Positions 1-12,339 of a stretch of DNA of 64,000 nucleotides are shown here, one piece after another. The position numbers and the translations under genes are program-made. The notes under the pieces were generated by a model. That model was given only the letters and a program-made list of their open reading frames with translations. It did no database searches and was not told the DNA's origin. Position 1 is the first letter of the stretch; every line of letters begins with the position of its first letter. The stretch spans positions 27,273,821 to 27,337,820 of the forward strand of contig NC_092379.1 of assembly GCF_030028105.1 (NCBI RefSeq), given 5' to 3'. This DNA is from Mobula birostris. Taxonomy: Eukaryota.

Positions 1-1639
1 TTTGTGGTGTTTTTATTCTCTCATTCTTTTCTATTTTTTCGAAAAGATGGCATGCTAAATATGCATAGAAACTGCCGCAGAAACTCATTTCCCATCTTCT
101 TTTAGCTCTATCACCATGTATGGTAGGGACAGTAATGATTGCAAGCCATTGTTCCCATTTCGAATGTTCTGAATGAATGCCATTTTCGCCGGAATGGAGC
201 GTTCAGGAGAGCGTACTCTGCAACAAATGGAGTGTCCTCATCATTTATGCAAACAATTTGGGGCCCATGTACGTACTGACGTACTGCAGAGAAAGAGGAC
301 GGGATTGATTGGACATGGCGCTGGGCAGTTTGATCGGTAAAATCTAACAGGGATGGCTTTCACCACCAGAATGCACAACATCATTCTCTCTGTTCTTCTC
401 TATAGATATCCAAATTGGTGAACTGATCGTAAGTGTGTTATTCTCCAGAATCATTTCATGAAAACTGAAGACAACCTATGTACCTTTCAAGCTATTTTTA
501 TGAACTGTTGCTCTCAAGGAAGTCAAACAATAACGATCAGTGCACGTAGGAATAATGATAATTATCTGTGAAGCGAAGTCCTATGTTTGCAGTAACAGTT
601 TCTCAATCCTTGACTCCCTTTAATTAAGAACCGGATCACATCACCCTCAATCATTTTTATGAACCCCCCGGCAGGTCGTGCAACTATACGTGAACTATAG
701 TTTGTGTGAGTAATGCTGCGGAAATGATGCAAATCAAATGAACATGAAAACAATAAAATACGACCTCTCACGACCAACTATGCCTTCCATACCTGGTCTG
801 CTTCCCACATGTTGTTCGTCCATCGTCAACGTCGATGAGGACCTTGAAACCATTATGATGGTGTCGAGACTAGTGCTTGATTTGAAGTGAGGGAGAGTTG
901 CACAGCGTCCGCCTCACTCTTCCTTCCCAATTCTCATCTGGATCCAGTGGAAAGACAGAATAGATACGGCTGGAGATGGGACTAGGATCAGTGGATGACC
1001 AGGGAGTATTCTGTGCCTTGTCCTGCTTTACACGTTCCACGACGTTTGCAGAGACCACCTTCTTGACTGTTAGACCTTCCATTGGTGTCGTAGCTCAATC
1101 CGCCGGAGTCTGTCTTCACATGCTGGGATAGACAACTCCCTATCTAACTAAGGGTTTGAGACCCGTCGGCTACCATCACCGAATTTTGCTGGTTTGTCGA
1201 AGGCTTTGCTCAGTGTATGGCCGCTGTCAATTGCAAACAGCTACGGGGAGTCAAGGATGAGAACTGAGTATCAGGTGGGGACCAAAGGTCGACTGACCGC
1301 CTTGCGAACGACGTGAACCCACCAGAGGTTGGTCCCCTCCTTGACACCCCATACACCCCGCTACCCACACCCGACACAGCCGACACACCTTCAGAAGATT
1401 GTGCTTTGCAGAAGGAATGGAAAAAAAATATTTTTCTATGAAAGAAACAGGGACAGCACAGACCAATATACTGTTTGAAATGTGTTTACTGGTTACAGCT
1501 GCTCCAAAGAGACTGATTTTCATATTTAGTTAAAAAAAAGCAACAACATTCACCATGGATCTTTTGGCACCCTATCCAGCTTAAAGCAGAATGTGAACGA
1601 TTTTCAACGCGTATCACACAGCGATCGCCGTAGGAATCA

Positions 1640-2860
1640 GGGACTAGAATTGAAGCTTGGAGACAAGCTGGGGTCTTTGCTCTTGATCCCTGAGGCTAGG
1701 ATCTTTCGTCTTGAGCGTGGAGGCTGAGGACTTCAGGTTTGTGTTCTTGGAGCTTGGCTTGGGATTCTGGAGGCTTCTGTTTTTGGAGATTGGCTTGGGA
1801 TCCTCGAGGCTAGTGCCCTTGGAGCTTGGCTGGGAATCCTCGAGGCTAGTATTCCTAGTGCTTGGCTTGGGATCCTCGAGTCTAGTGTTCTTGAAGCATA
1901 GCTTGGGATCCTCGAGGCTCTTGTTCTTGGAGCTTGGCTTAGGATCGTTTGGGCTAGTGTTCTTGGAGCTTGGCTTGGGATCCTCGAGGCTAATGTTCTT
2001 GGAGCTTGGCTGCGGGATCTTCGAGGCTTGGGTTCTTGGAGATTGGCTGTGGGATCCTCGAGTCTTGGGTTCTTGGAGCTTGGCTGCGAGATGTTCGAGG
2101 CTTGCGTTCTTGGAGCTTGGCTGCTGAATCTTCGTCTTAAAATGCGGAGGCTGGAGCTGAGAGACCGACTGGGAACTGAACATCAAAATAAGAGAAGACA
2201 CAACATGACCCCCCGCAGGGCAACGTCTGAACGGCTTGACATACCCCACGGAGGAGAGGAAAAGACAAGACATGACCACTCACAGGGCAACGGCAGAACG
2301 ACCTCACTTACCCCACGGAGGCGAGGACAAGACAAGGCAGATCCCCCCGCAGGGCAAAGGCAAAACAGCCTGACTTCCCCCACGGAACAAGAAGAGACAA
2401 ACAGCAAAGAACGACAGACAGTTCCATCTCTGCTTCGCGGCAAAACCGAATCTCATTCGGCCAGCCACTTCAGCTGGCTATGGGAACAGCCGGATCCCTA
2501 CCTAGCTCGGAGTGGCTGGCAGCCACTCAGCTGGCCTGGTAAGCAGCCGAAACGAGACCGCAAAAACTACCCCAACAAGTGGCAACAACGCTCCATGAAG
2601 CTGAGGTCCTCCAACCAGGCCTAGTGATCACGAATGGTTTCACTAGCCATCTATCAGCAGTTTGCTCCAAGGGGGACTGACGAGGAAAACCAGCAGCCCA
2701 CATTCAACCCCAAGGCTACTGATGTTCCAAGCAGAAATTTGGGAATCGGTTGCCCGTAATTAACTTAATCAAAACAAGGAACATTTTGAAGACCCGGAGT
2801 GCTGAGTCCACGGACCGGACCGTGAAGAGGAATGCGGACTTCACTGACCGGACCATGACA
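1640..2860 (-). mobile_element. Solo-LTR-like element (family shared with 53304-54480 and 57081-58905), left end truncated
   Basis: Right end ...ggacttcactgaccggaccatgaca (ends 2860) is the reverse complement of the TGTCATGGTCCGG terminus at 53304 and matches 58860-58905. Internal 2170-2620 resembles 58250-58700. Confidence 0.7.
1740..2130. repeat. 36-bp tandem minisatellite, about 10 degenerate copies
   Basis: Unit approximately gtgttcttggagcttggcttgggatcctcgaggcta. It explains the 12-aa periodic ORFs 1644..2279 (PSSKNTSLEDPK) and 1711..2127. Confidence 0.9.
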
Positions 2861-3019
2861 CTCCTCCCGTGTCTGCTGAAGATAATGTGGAAGATTTGGA
2901 CGGAAGTCTCTATCGCACCAATTTGGAGAATTGTTGAAAAATGCTTTGTCCCCAAGGAACAAATTCATCCATAATCATCCCGCTGATGAGAATTTCCATC
3001 CTCAGCGAGAACTGCACGA

Positions 3020-5040
3020 TATTTTGCTCCTGCGAGAAGGATGACCTCCTACTTGGTGGAAAACCACTGTTTCAGTAACTCCATCCGGAAAAGTGATATC
3101 CCATTTTTTTTTCTCAGTGTTCTTGCACACATCTCAACAATCAGCCGAATGATTCACGAGGCCAGGCGGCAAAAATTCAAAGGAACATTCGTCAGGTTGT
3201 ACCTCTCAAACTCCCACAGTTAACACTACAAGCCCTCATCCAGACAGGTCTGGTCCATGTCTATATCCCACCGGTAATGAGAGACATGATCATCAGCTAC
3301 CTCGGAGGAGTCAACTGCGCTTCACTTCAGCCTAACAGCTTGCAAGACCTCACAAAAGGGATTCCAACCGGCTGCACAGTTTTCTCGATCGTGTTTGGCA
3401 TGGTTTTGAATACCCTCATATCAGCAGCTGCAGACGTAACTCGTGGCCCAGTCTTCGAGCCCGGCATCGGACAACCTGCAATGCGGGGGTACACAGGTGG
3501 CATAGCACTAACCACTGTAAACCATTCCAGACCACATGGATGTTTGAAACAGTGGACAACGTAGCTAGCTGGGATAGGATGAGCATATGGCTATTTGATC
3601 GGCCAAGAAATCTAGATGTACGTTGATCAAAAAATGCTAGGTTTCTAGCAAGTTCAGTCATCGGGTACGGGCAGAGGTCGTTCCATCTATTAAGGGCAAC
3701 TAAGTGAAATGCCTTCGATTGCGGTTTAATACAGCAATGACGGACAACATCAACAACACCGGCACACTAAAGCACACAGAGGAGTGGCTGAGGAAGATCG
3801 ACTGAACCGAAGTCCAGGTAATTTTAAGACATGACCTTAACAACATGACATTCTCCATGCCTGTTCTGGCTTTTCACGTTGGACGAGATTCCCATGACCA
3901 CTGTAGAAGGCATGGGGAGGAAAATCAACAATCACCTGAGGAGGAGGCTGGGTATTCCTTCAACGTTTACTTCAGTGGGGCTCCACATAAGATCAAGCCC
4001 GCTGCAGTTCCCGTTGTCATCGGTAGTGGAAGAGTTCAGGGTAGAAAAGTGTAGAGTTCTGTTAGCAGTTGGGGACACCAATGTCAAGATGATAAATCAA
4101 GAAGGAGTCACACCAAGTTCTGGCCGAACATGGGCCGCCAACTCGGCCATAGACAACGCAGTGAAAATTCAGCAATTCAGATACATCTTCAGCCACCGAT
4201 TCCGGAGTCGGCAATTCTCGGCTATGCAAACTTCCCACTATCGGGTATTGCAAGTGCACGGAATGGGATTGACCTGGCCCAGGCAGAGATACGGAACCCT
4301 GAGGGCGAGAAACGTTTATTAAACGTAGTACTGTTGGCCTCATGGGACGGCTGGACGAAATGGAATTCGGTTTGGAAAATTGAGTTCTTCGGCATTTCTT
4401 TCCAGCCTGCGTCAATATATGACAGTCTCCTTACAGTATCACAACTGCATACATGGACATGAAAGAGCACCATAACTGCAAAATTGTGCTCTGCGGGATT
4501 CAATGACACACGGTATAACAAGACTCAAAATATCTTTCAAACAAGACGGTACTGGGGGACACCCCGTGAGGTCCCGCTGCGCCGTGCTGACAAAATACAA
4601 CGGCAGACGTCTAAAGCTAAACAAGATGGTGGAGTGGCAATTAGAGCAGTCGTTTCCATCAAGCAGAGGCCAAACCAGTGCTTTCATAGAAGACTAAATC
4701 CAGTCTGCTATAAACTGCCAGATCACAGGAGAGGAAGGTCGATGTGGCGAGGAGGCTGCACTGCACAGAAGTAGTGCAAACCAGAGATCGTGCTATGGTC
4801 CACTAAAGGCAACACAAAAAGACGAAAAAAAAGTCATCTGCTCGAGTTCATACTACCATGGCAGGATGATGCGAGGAGGCTCACCAGCGGAAGGCCCTGA
4901 AGTACCACTGCTTACTCCGAGTGCGTACAGACAAATGTTGTCAGCAACAGGTATTCCCGTTGGAAGTCAGCTGTAGAGGATCCCCGACAAGGTCGGCTTG
5001 GAAATTATTGTCTGCCCTGGGCCTTGAGGATAAGACCAAG
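3020..5040 (+). mobile_element. Degenerate RLE-type non-LTR retrotransposon, HERO-like (RT plus restriction-like endonuclease)
   Basis: Fragmented translations GIPTGCTVFSIVFGMVLN (RT), RRRLGIPSTFTSVGL..LQFPLSSVVEEFRVEKCR, GRTWAANSAID, and C-terminal KPEIVLWST..LEFILPWQD..PLEVSCRG (PD-(D/E)xK-type RLE). Many frameshifts. Confidence 0.7.
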
Positions 5041-5044
5041 AATC

Positions 5045-7310
5045 AAGTAGGCGGAGGTGTGAATCTTGAATTCAGGAGCTCCTGGTCAGTGACCTGGTGA
5101 CCCGCTAACTGAAGAGTGTCGTAGGTAAAGGTAGAAACACTGTATGGAGGTTTGGCACCACCTGACGACATCTGCTCCTGGCTAAAGGCTACGGTTACCT
5201 CTTCAGGTAACTGAAGAGAGTGTTCGTTGTAAAACGCCAGTGGTTTTATCGGCATCAGTATGGTGAATTGGTGGAGGACTGGGTGCCTCATATAATTAGA
5301 AACATGCATAATTAGAGACAAATATAATAAACGACACATGTGGCTGGTCACAGTGAAGTGTCCGGCAGCTGCAGGTATCACCGGGCGGACTACATATCCC
5401 TGAGAAAAGCTGGGCCAGGTATATTATTTTTCATAATACGTAAAGGCTCACAAGTATTCACTGTCCTCGTGCAGAGGTAACTAGAAGAAGGCGGAGTAGA
5501 ATTCAATCAATGTATACGATCGAATTTCAGATGGCAGAACGGCCAAAATGACAGTCCTGTCGGTTATAACAGGGGGAATGGGTGGTACTACCCAGCGCAC
5601 ATCACGCAAATCTTGCACAAACCCCCAGTTATTTGGCCTATCTCCATCTGGGTTTGGATATATTGTGCTTAAAAGGGGAGAGTCTTCTGGCGATTTGCCC
5701 TTATTACTGCAGTGTCGGCCTAATATTAGTGAAGCCAAGCAAAGCGATGCGCGGAATTTGCTATGTTAAACTTTTTGCTATCTGACTCTAATAACTTGGC
5801 TGTGACTAGGGCTTCACTCCCAGCGATACGTGTGCTATGGTATGTTGCCCCTTCAGTAGCACTTTATTAGAGAAGCGAAAAGTTGACTGTCGACGGCTAT
5901 CCCTTTTAGTCTAAACAAAAACATCCCTTAAAGCAAAGACTATTACGCTGTCCGTCATGTTCTGTGTCTTCTTTTAATTATATTCATCATTAATTTGAAT
6001 GAATAAGCTACTTCGGGTCGCTGAACAATTACAAAAAAAAACAAAAAAAAAATAAAAAACAAATGATTGTAAACACGAAATAAACAATTTGATCAAGTTG
6101 CATTCCTGCACTTTTATTTCCCAGGCATCTTTAAACCGAAAATATAATCTGTTACAGGTTCGCCCGTTTTCGTTTGTATCTCGTGACTTCCGAAAATTCA
6201 CTTTTCTGTGTGGCCCAGCTGGGATTGTCTTATTGATTGTTCTAACCATGTCTGTCAGCGTACTGTCGCTACATTCACCTCCATCTGCATTCAGGCACTC
6301 AATGACCATTGGACCGGGGGTTCCGTGAATAGTTATACCAGCAGTCGGTATGGCTAACGATATGACCTGGTTCACATTCCACACGGCTATGACTTTGTCC
6401 TGCAACTGCTCACCAGACTGTACACTCTTAGCATGCGACCGCGTGTGAACCACTACGCTCAGTGAAATGTCCATAGATTGTGACAGCTCGTGTTTCATAG
6501 GAGGTGAAACACCCCTTGTACGTGAGACACCAAAAGGGGAATTACTTTCACGTGAGAGAAGCTAGTTCGTGAAATAGAGTTGAGTCAATTGCATTTGACG
6601 TCGCAGCTGCCGGGCTCTATGTTTCACGGTGGCCGTGCCAACCATTGATAATTCCATAATAGGACATTCTAGCAGCTGGTCATCTAGAATTTTCGGATGG
6701 AATCCAGCAAGGGGAGTAAGCGTAAGCGGGTGAGGTGGACTGCTATAATTTTGTATTTTGCCATCTTCATTTGCTTTTGTCTTTTGGCCACTTCCAATTT
6801 ATTGAGTTACCACATACTGTATTCAAAAAATCATTTTGCGCGCTTATCATTTCATTTTATCTTACTCTTCCAGTAACGAAAATTCCTTAGCCCAATGAGC
6901 CTACATAGGGCCATTCTCCATGGATCCATCCGTGTGTATAAGAGAAATAATTAATCATATACCTGATATCTCCTGTTTTGAGTCATGCCCTGTACGACGG
7001 GAAGCTCGGTGATACTAGGGACTCAGCCAGAAGTTTCTTCGTCTTATTGTACTCTTTTTTACGGTTTGAGCAGTAAGCTTTGAGTCAATAACAGTTAGCT
7101 TTACTCTATTCCACATGTAATCCAAAACCAGCTTTTTTGTTGTTTGATATTGGCCCAAACAATGTAGTGTCGACGGGACATTTAATTAGCATATTAACGT
7201 TCTGAGTGGCCCTCACCGTGGCAGTTTCAGGAACTGTCGTTGCTTACGGTTGGGCAATAGCAGGATCAGCCTTAGAAATCCGAGCCACACCGACGTAAAT
7301 GGCGATGTTC
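5045..7310 (-). mobile_element. Decayed endogenous retrovirus gag-pro-pol fragment (gamma/epsilon-like RT)
   Basis: Minus strand 5740-5340 reads SPLLSTIYPNPDGDRPNNWGFVQDLRDV..VILAVLP..YTLIEFYSAFF*LPLHEDSEYL*AFTY..YTWPSFSQGY, matching retroviral RT WRFVQDLRAVN..IDL..AFFS.PLH.DSQY.FAFT..YTW..LPQG. Upstream there is a mostly open, stop- and frameshift-interrupted frame (includes ORF 5974..6498) in gag/protease position. Confidence 0.75.
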
Positions 7311-8089
7311 CAATTCAAAGAAGTTCCCCAGTGAGGGAATACACTTAGAGGTGGGACTAGGCGTTCAGAACAACAGAGAGCCGATATCGCCGACCGGCAG
7401 GACGCTGGCTTGACGACTTGTTCTGATTGAAGATTGGATATGCAGATATGAAGTCGTGGACGTCCATCGTAGATCGCTACAAGAATATTATCTTTATAAA
7501 CTCAGAGGCCTGTGAATTCCTGTATGTCCAGCCTGACGCGAGCAGTTAACCCATTCCAGCATTGTAGAGTGCACAGCAGCAGGGACAAACAAGACGTTTG
7601 GGGGATTCCCAGTCTGTTCTGTGTCCAAAAGTTACGTGGCCTACATCGCTGCCTCTATTTCCCTTATCAATGGATTAGCAACACTCGAGCGAGGAAGAAT
7701 GAGCTCTGGATCCGTATTGCCATCAGATCCTTCGAACTGCCGGGCAAAATTGTCAGCCTTGACATTCTTTCTGCAGGGATGACTGGTAAGTTGAACGGAA
7801 ACCACTTGGGAAAGGATGTCCACCGTGCTTCACGAGCGCTGAGCCTCTTTCCATTCAGAATGAGGAAGAGGAAGCTGTGATCTCTCCTGTCTAAAAATGG
7901 ATGTTCTTCCCCTCCAGCCATTGTTGCCATTTCTCTATTGTCTCAGCCGTTCCGATTTACCAACACCGTAGTTCCTATCGGCCAGAGGCAAGCGACAGAA
8001 ACGTAAGGCACAAGAGTGCAGGCGGCTAGCCGCAGAAGATCGCTGAGAGAGGGTAGCTCCAATGCCAACAATAGATGCATCTACCTGGA

Positions 8090-8450
8090 GTAGAGGCAGG
8101 AAACATGTTCCCGATGCTGCGGGAGTAGAGACCAGAGGCCACAGTTTAAGAATATGGGGTAGAAATTTTACAACGGAGTTGAGGAAAAACGTTTTCACAC
8201 AGAGGGTTGTGGTCCTGTGGAATGCTCTGCCTCATAAGGCACTGGAGGCCAATTCTCTGTATTCTTTCAAACAAAAGAAAAAAAATAAACAGTTTGATAG
8301 AACCCTTAAATATAGCAGAGTGAAGGATATGGGGAGAAGGCAGGGAAAGGGTACTGATTGTAGGTGATCAGCCATGATCACAGTGAATGGTGGTGCTTGC
8401 CCGAAGGGCTGAATGGCCTACTTCTGCATTATTGTCTATTGTCTATTGAC
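8090..8450 (+). mobile_element. CR1 LINE 3' fragment
   Basis: ETRGHSLRIWG..RKNVFTQRVVVLWNALP (CR1 ORF2 C-terminus) followed by a (ttgtcta)n-like tail. Confidence 0.85.
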
Positions 8451-8879
8451 CATGAATATCTATGATGGGTCTGGGTAATCAGCACTAGGGTAATTATAAA
8501 ACATTACTATAGCTTAGATAATGCTTGGTCGGTATCATCTCTCCAATGGAAATCCAACGAGGTCATCGTAAGGAGTGCCCTTATGGGAGTCACAATATAG
8601 CATAAATTCCAGATGCAGTGGCGATGAAAGCTCGCAAACACCATAATGCGTCGAGCCTGTTTGACTAAACATGGCCACTATACAACTGTCTAAATTTTAC
8701 TCGGAGCAACTTGAACAGTGGATAAAACAACTCTGTCTTCCAAAAGGACACCTGGTCTTTATAAACTCACGTTTCTCGGGCTTGGCATACACGTTATTTT
8801 CGAAGAGCGGTCTGAGAATCCTCTGGAACCGTTTCACGTGCACTTTATCAGAACAGGAATAGACATGGATGACGTCTAA

Positions 8880-8881
<2 letters not shown>

Positions 8882-8918
<37 letters not shown>
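8882..8918. repeat. (CA)n microsatellite
   Basis: Uninterrupted AC dinucleotide run. Confidence 0.98.
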
Positions 8919-8919
<1 letters not shown>

Positions 8920-9245
8920 GGTTCAACATGTCTCTAAATACATTGTTAAGAAACACCAGAAACAACAGGGACGTTGACGGGACCAAAGATTAAAACTATG
9001 TACTAATCGTCGCCGCTAGATTTGTTGAAGGCCATTTTACACTCATTAGTTTCTCTCATATCATCAAAAATTGCGCAGATCAGTTTAGGAAAATATGGTT
9101 GTTCCCTGCAAATATTCGAAAGTCGAAGCCAGCAGGGGAAGCGGGTAGAGGTTCTTCACTGTAATATTGTTCAATGGCCGCCAATCGATGGAAATATCGA
9201 ACTCTTAAAGAGATGCCTCTTCCTGCTAGGAATTGACGGACGGAT

Positions 9246-10155
9246 GAACCCATGGCAATATGTTCTGGATGAAGATAGGTAGAGGGGCTGGTAGAACTGA
9301 GGAAACAGACAGTCTGCAGAGAAACGTGGATAGATTGGAAGAATGGGTAAAGAGATGGCAAATGAAATACAATGTTGGAAATTGTATGGTTATGCACTTT
9401 GGCAAAAGAAATAAACGGGCAGACTATTATTTAAATGGGAATCGAATTCAAAGTTCTGAGATGCAACGGGACTTGGGAGTCCTCGTACAGGATATTCTTA
9501 AGGTTAACCTCCAGGTTGAGTCGGTGGTGAAGAAGGCTAATGGAATGTTGGCATTCATTTCCAGAGGGATAGAATATAGGAGCAGGGATGTGATGCTGCG
9601 GCTCTATAAGGGACTGGGGAGACCTCACTTAGAGTAGTGTGGGCAGTTTTGGTCTCCTTATTTAAGAAAGGATGTGCTGACGTCAGAGAGCGTACAGAGA
9701 AGATTCACTAGCATAATTCCGGGAATGAGAGCGTTAACATATAAGCAACGTTTGTCCGCTCTTGGACTGTATTCCTTGGAGTTTAGAAGAATGAGGGGAG
9801 ACCTTATAGAAACATTTCGAATGTTGAAAGGAATGACAGTGTGGATGTGGGAAAGTTGTTTCCCATGATGGGGGTGTGTAGTACGAGAGGGCATGACTTA
9901 AGGACTGAAGGGCGCCCATTCAGATCAGTGATCGAAGATTTTTTTTTTGCCATAGGGTGGTGTATCTATGGCATTTGTTGCCACGGGCGGCAGTGGAGGC
10001 CAAGTCTTGGGTGTATTGATAGGTATCTGAGTATCAACGGTTATGGTGGGAAGGCGGGGGAATTGGACTAAATGAGAGAATATATCAGCTCATGATAAAA
10101 TGGCGAGGCAGACTCGATGGGCCGAATGGCCGACTTCTGCTCCTTTGTCTTCTGG
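9246..10155 (+). mobile_element. CR1 LINE 3' fragment
   Basis: ORFs 9260..9637 and 9674..9868 carry CR1 RT C-terminal motifs (LQRNVDRLEEW, QRDLGVLV, RPHLE, LGLYSLEFRRMRGDLIE). Ends in a tatggt-type tail. Confidence 0.9.
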
Positions 10156-11722
10156 TCCTATGGTCGTATGGTATAAATCCTTGTCGACAATTTCAGCATG
10201 AAAGTGGGAACGTAGGGGCTAAAGGGACGACCCGTGCAAGGTAGACCTACGGCAGAGCTTTACGGCCGGGGAAGGGGCAGGGTGTGGACCTATTTTAACA
10301 TCAGCCGGAATCCCGGACATGTCCACGACTTTAGCTCACATAGGAGGGGATTCATGGAACAGAGCTTGATCTGAACTCAGGCAATTAGTCCCCACTGTTG
10401 AAATGCTCCAAATGACACATCTATCCGAGGGTTATATCGGAGTAACCAGCAGAAATCAAGCACCAGTGGTAGTTGAAGTGAATTTATCATATTTAAAGAC
10501 AATTGTTTACTCTGCGCGTCTTCGAGGACAAGGTCAATGAGTTCGGTGGAAACATGTATCTGTCCGACGACCAGAGGTCGAGAGTCCAGGGCCTTGATTT
10601 TGAACTTGCCATTTCATCGCTAAGTCGGTATTTCACATTTTTGAGCTGGAGAGATATATACATGAGATTCCCGTCTGCACTGGAGTGGAGAAGACTCTTA
10701 GGTTCATGGGTCTGAAATCCTCAGGACAAGACATTTCGAGCATTACATGATGACAGGCATGTGACTGCAGAGAGACCCGACGCGTCTGGAGTCTGTAGGA
10801 GTTCGAATGCAGGAGTCAGATCTGGCCCACGCTGGCTGCCGCAGTAAGCTCCGGGACGGCGGCCATGAGAGTGGAAACTGCAGACAACGGATCTGATTAT
10901 ATGTGGTGAGCTGTTGAACAGTTGCTGCAGCGGGTTATATCTGTTCTGCCAGATAAGACTGGGCTTTTCGGTACGATATTATTTGTTTTATTGCTACATT
11001 GGATTCACCCAAAATATTATTAGCTCGTCCCCTACCCGACCAGTGAAACTCAGGGTCAATATCAGCAGCTGTCTCTCTGCTGGGTACACATGTTTCTGGT
11101 CGAGACTTGCTGTCAGTGCGTTCCGATATTACCCGAGCGGTGCGAGAATCTCTAAAGCGAATAGATATTCGACAGATTTTAAGACCAAAAGGAGTTTAAG
11201 GGAAAATAAAACCATAAAATTCAGGTCAAACAAGTCGTTAACAAAAGCTGTGAAATATAAAACTGCCTCCCAACACCGCCGCTGAAAACTATAAATCAAT
11301 ATTAACCGAAAACGGCTAGTCTTCAGCGTCAAAAGACTTGACAATAAATTTCTCAGGCAAGGCTATGCAAGCACTCAGCATAACATTACAATGCTTTGAT
11401 CAAGTCTCGACAAGCGTGAGAATGAAAACAGTTTGTTCAATACCGCCGTAATGAAATAATAACTGGAGTGGAAGTCGGTAGTTCTTTTGCAATAAACTGG
11501 CGCGCCGGTGCACTCCGGCGCCATGTTGACAAATATTTTATTTTTGCCATTGTGGCCATCAGTTGTATTGACTGCATAGTATCATTTACTCGGATTCCGA
11601 TTTATGATTTGTATTTGCTCAATGTGAAAAAAAAATATATATTCTGAAACTATATTCTGAATGTTGTAGAAATACGACCTAATAAATATCCAATTTGGCA
11701 GACCAGGATAGAAGTTATTTCA

Positions 11723-11962
11723 AAAAAAAGTTTGCATGACTGTTGTAATTATATTACAATTATAGCAATTTTCATTCAAAATGGTAATATTGAATTTGAA
11801 GGTTGAACTGGAAATAAACTTACTCTCAAAATTTGCTTCTAGGTACTTAAAAAAATGTTTGCATGACTGTGGTCATTATATTAAAAGTATAGCTATTTTC
11901 CATGTTCAAAATGGCAATATTGTGTTTGAATTTTCGACTGGAAATGAAAGGTACTCTGAAAT
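11723..11962. repeat. Two-copy diverged tandem duplication (~125-bp unit)
   Basis: aaaaaaagtttgcatgactgttgtaattatatta..ttcaaaatggtaatattg versus aaaaaaatgtttgcatgactgtggtcattatatta..ttcaaaatggcaatattg. Confidence 0.85.
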
Positions 11963-12339
11963 GTGCGCGTACATACGTTGAAGCAAACTACGTGTAATAG
12001 CATCCCCGCTATTGACGCAATAAAAGTACAGTATATATCGACATCAATCTTGGTATTCAGAGAATGAGAATATTTCCTTCAGAAGTAAATAACCTTTACC
12101 AAGTAAATAACCTTACCTTTGGCAGTCCTTCACCAAGAAGTGATGCTTAGGTCTATACATCATTGCTTTGCACACCCAGTAGACAACACATGGAAATTAT
12201 ACTAATTGTGCGGTCTGGAGAAAGACTGCTACGGTATTCTGCAGGTCGTACGTTAAAAAGTAGCAAACCAATTTCACAGTCTGTGATGTGGTGTCATTTT
12301 TGGATCGGGACCATAGAGCCGCTTGGGAGCTGAATTCTG

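Larger units (their letters stand above)
7320..11200 (-). mobile_element. Degenerate Ty3/gypsy LTR-retrotransposon internal region (gag-PR-RT-RH-IN order), interrupted by two CR1 pieces and a (CA)n tract
   Basis: PR-like SLLHSSADGNLM (~10690), [22 protein letters not shown] (~9190) and VYLDVIHVYS..ENNVYAKPEK (~8800), RNase H VDASIVGIGATLSQR..ADRNYGVG (~8050), KNVKADNFARQF (~7750), and IN zinc-finger remnant (~7400). The upstream (gag) boundary is uncertain. Confidence 0.75.

Noticed and set aside
1644-2279. 211-aa Pro/Ser/Lys-rich ORF resembling a mucin-like or repeat protein
   Set aside because: It is fully explained by the 36-bp tandem array inside an LTR-like element, and it is open in several frames on both strands.
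10820-11170. Minus-strand stretch with V-like hints (SLDQKHV..LILTLS..IIFWV, AYCGS)
   Set aside because: No first Cys, many stops and no RSS. It lies directly upstream of the gypsy protease, and AYCGS fits a decayed gag zinc knuckle better.
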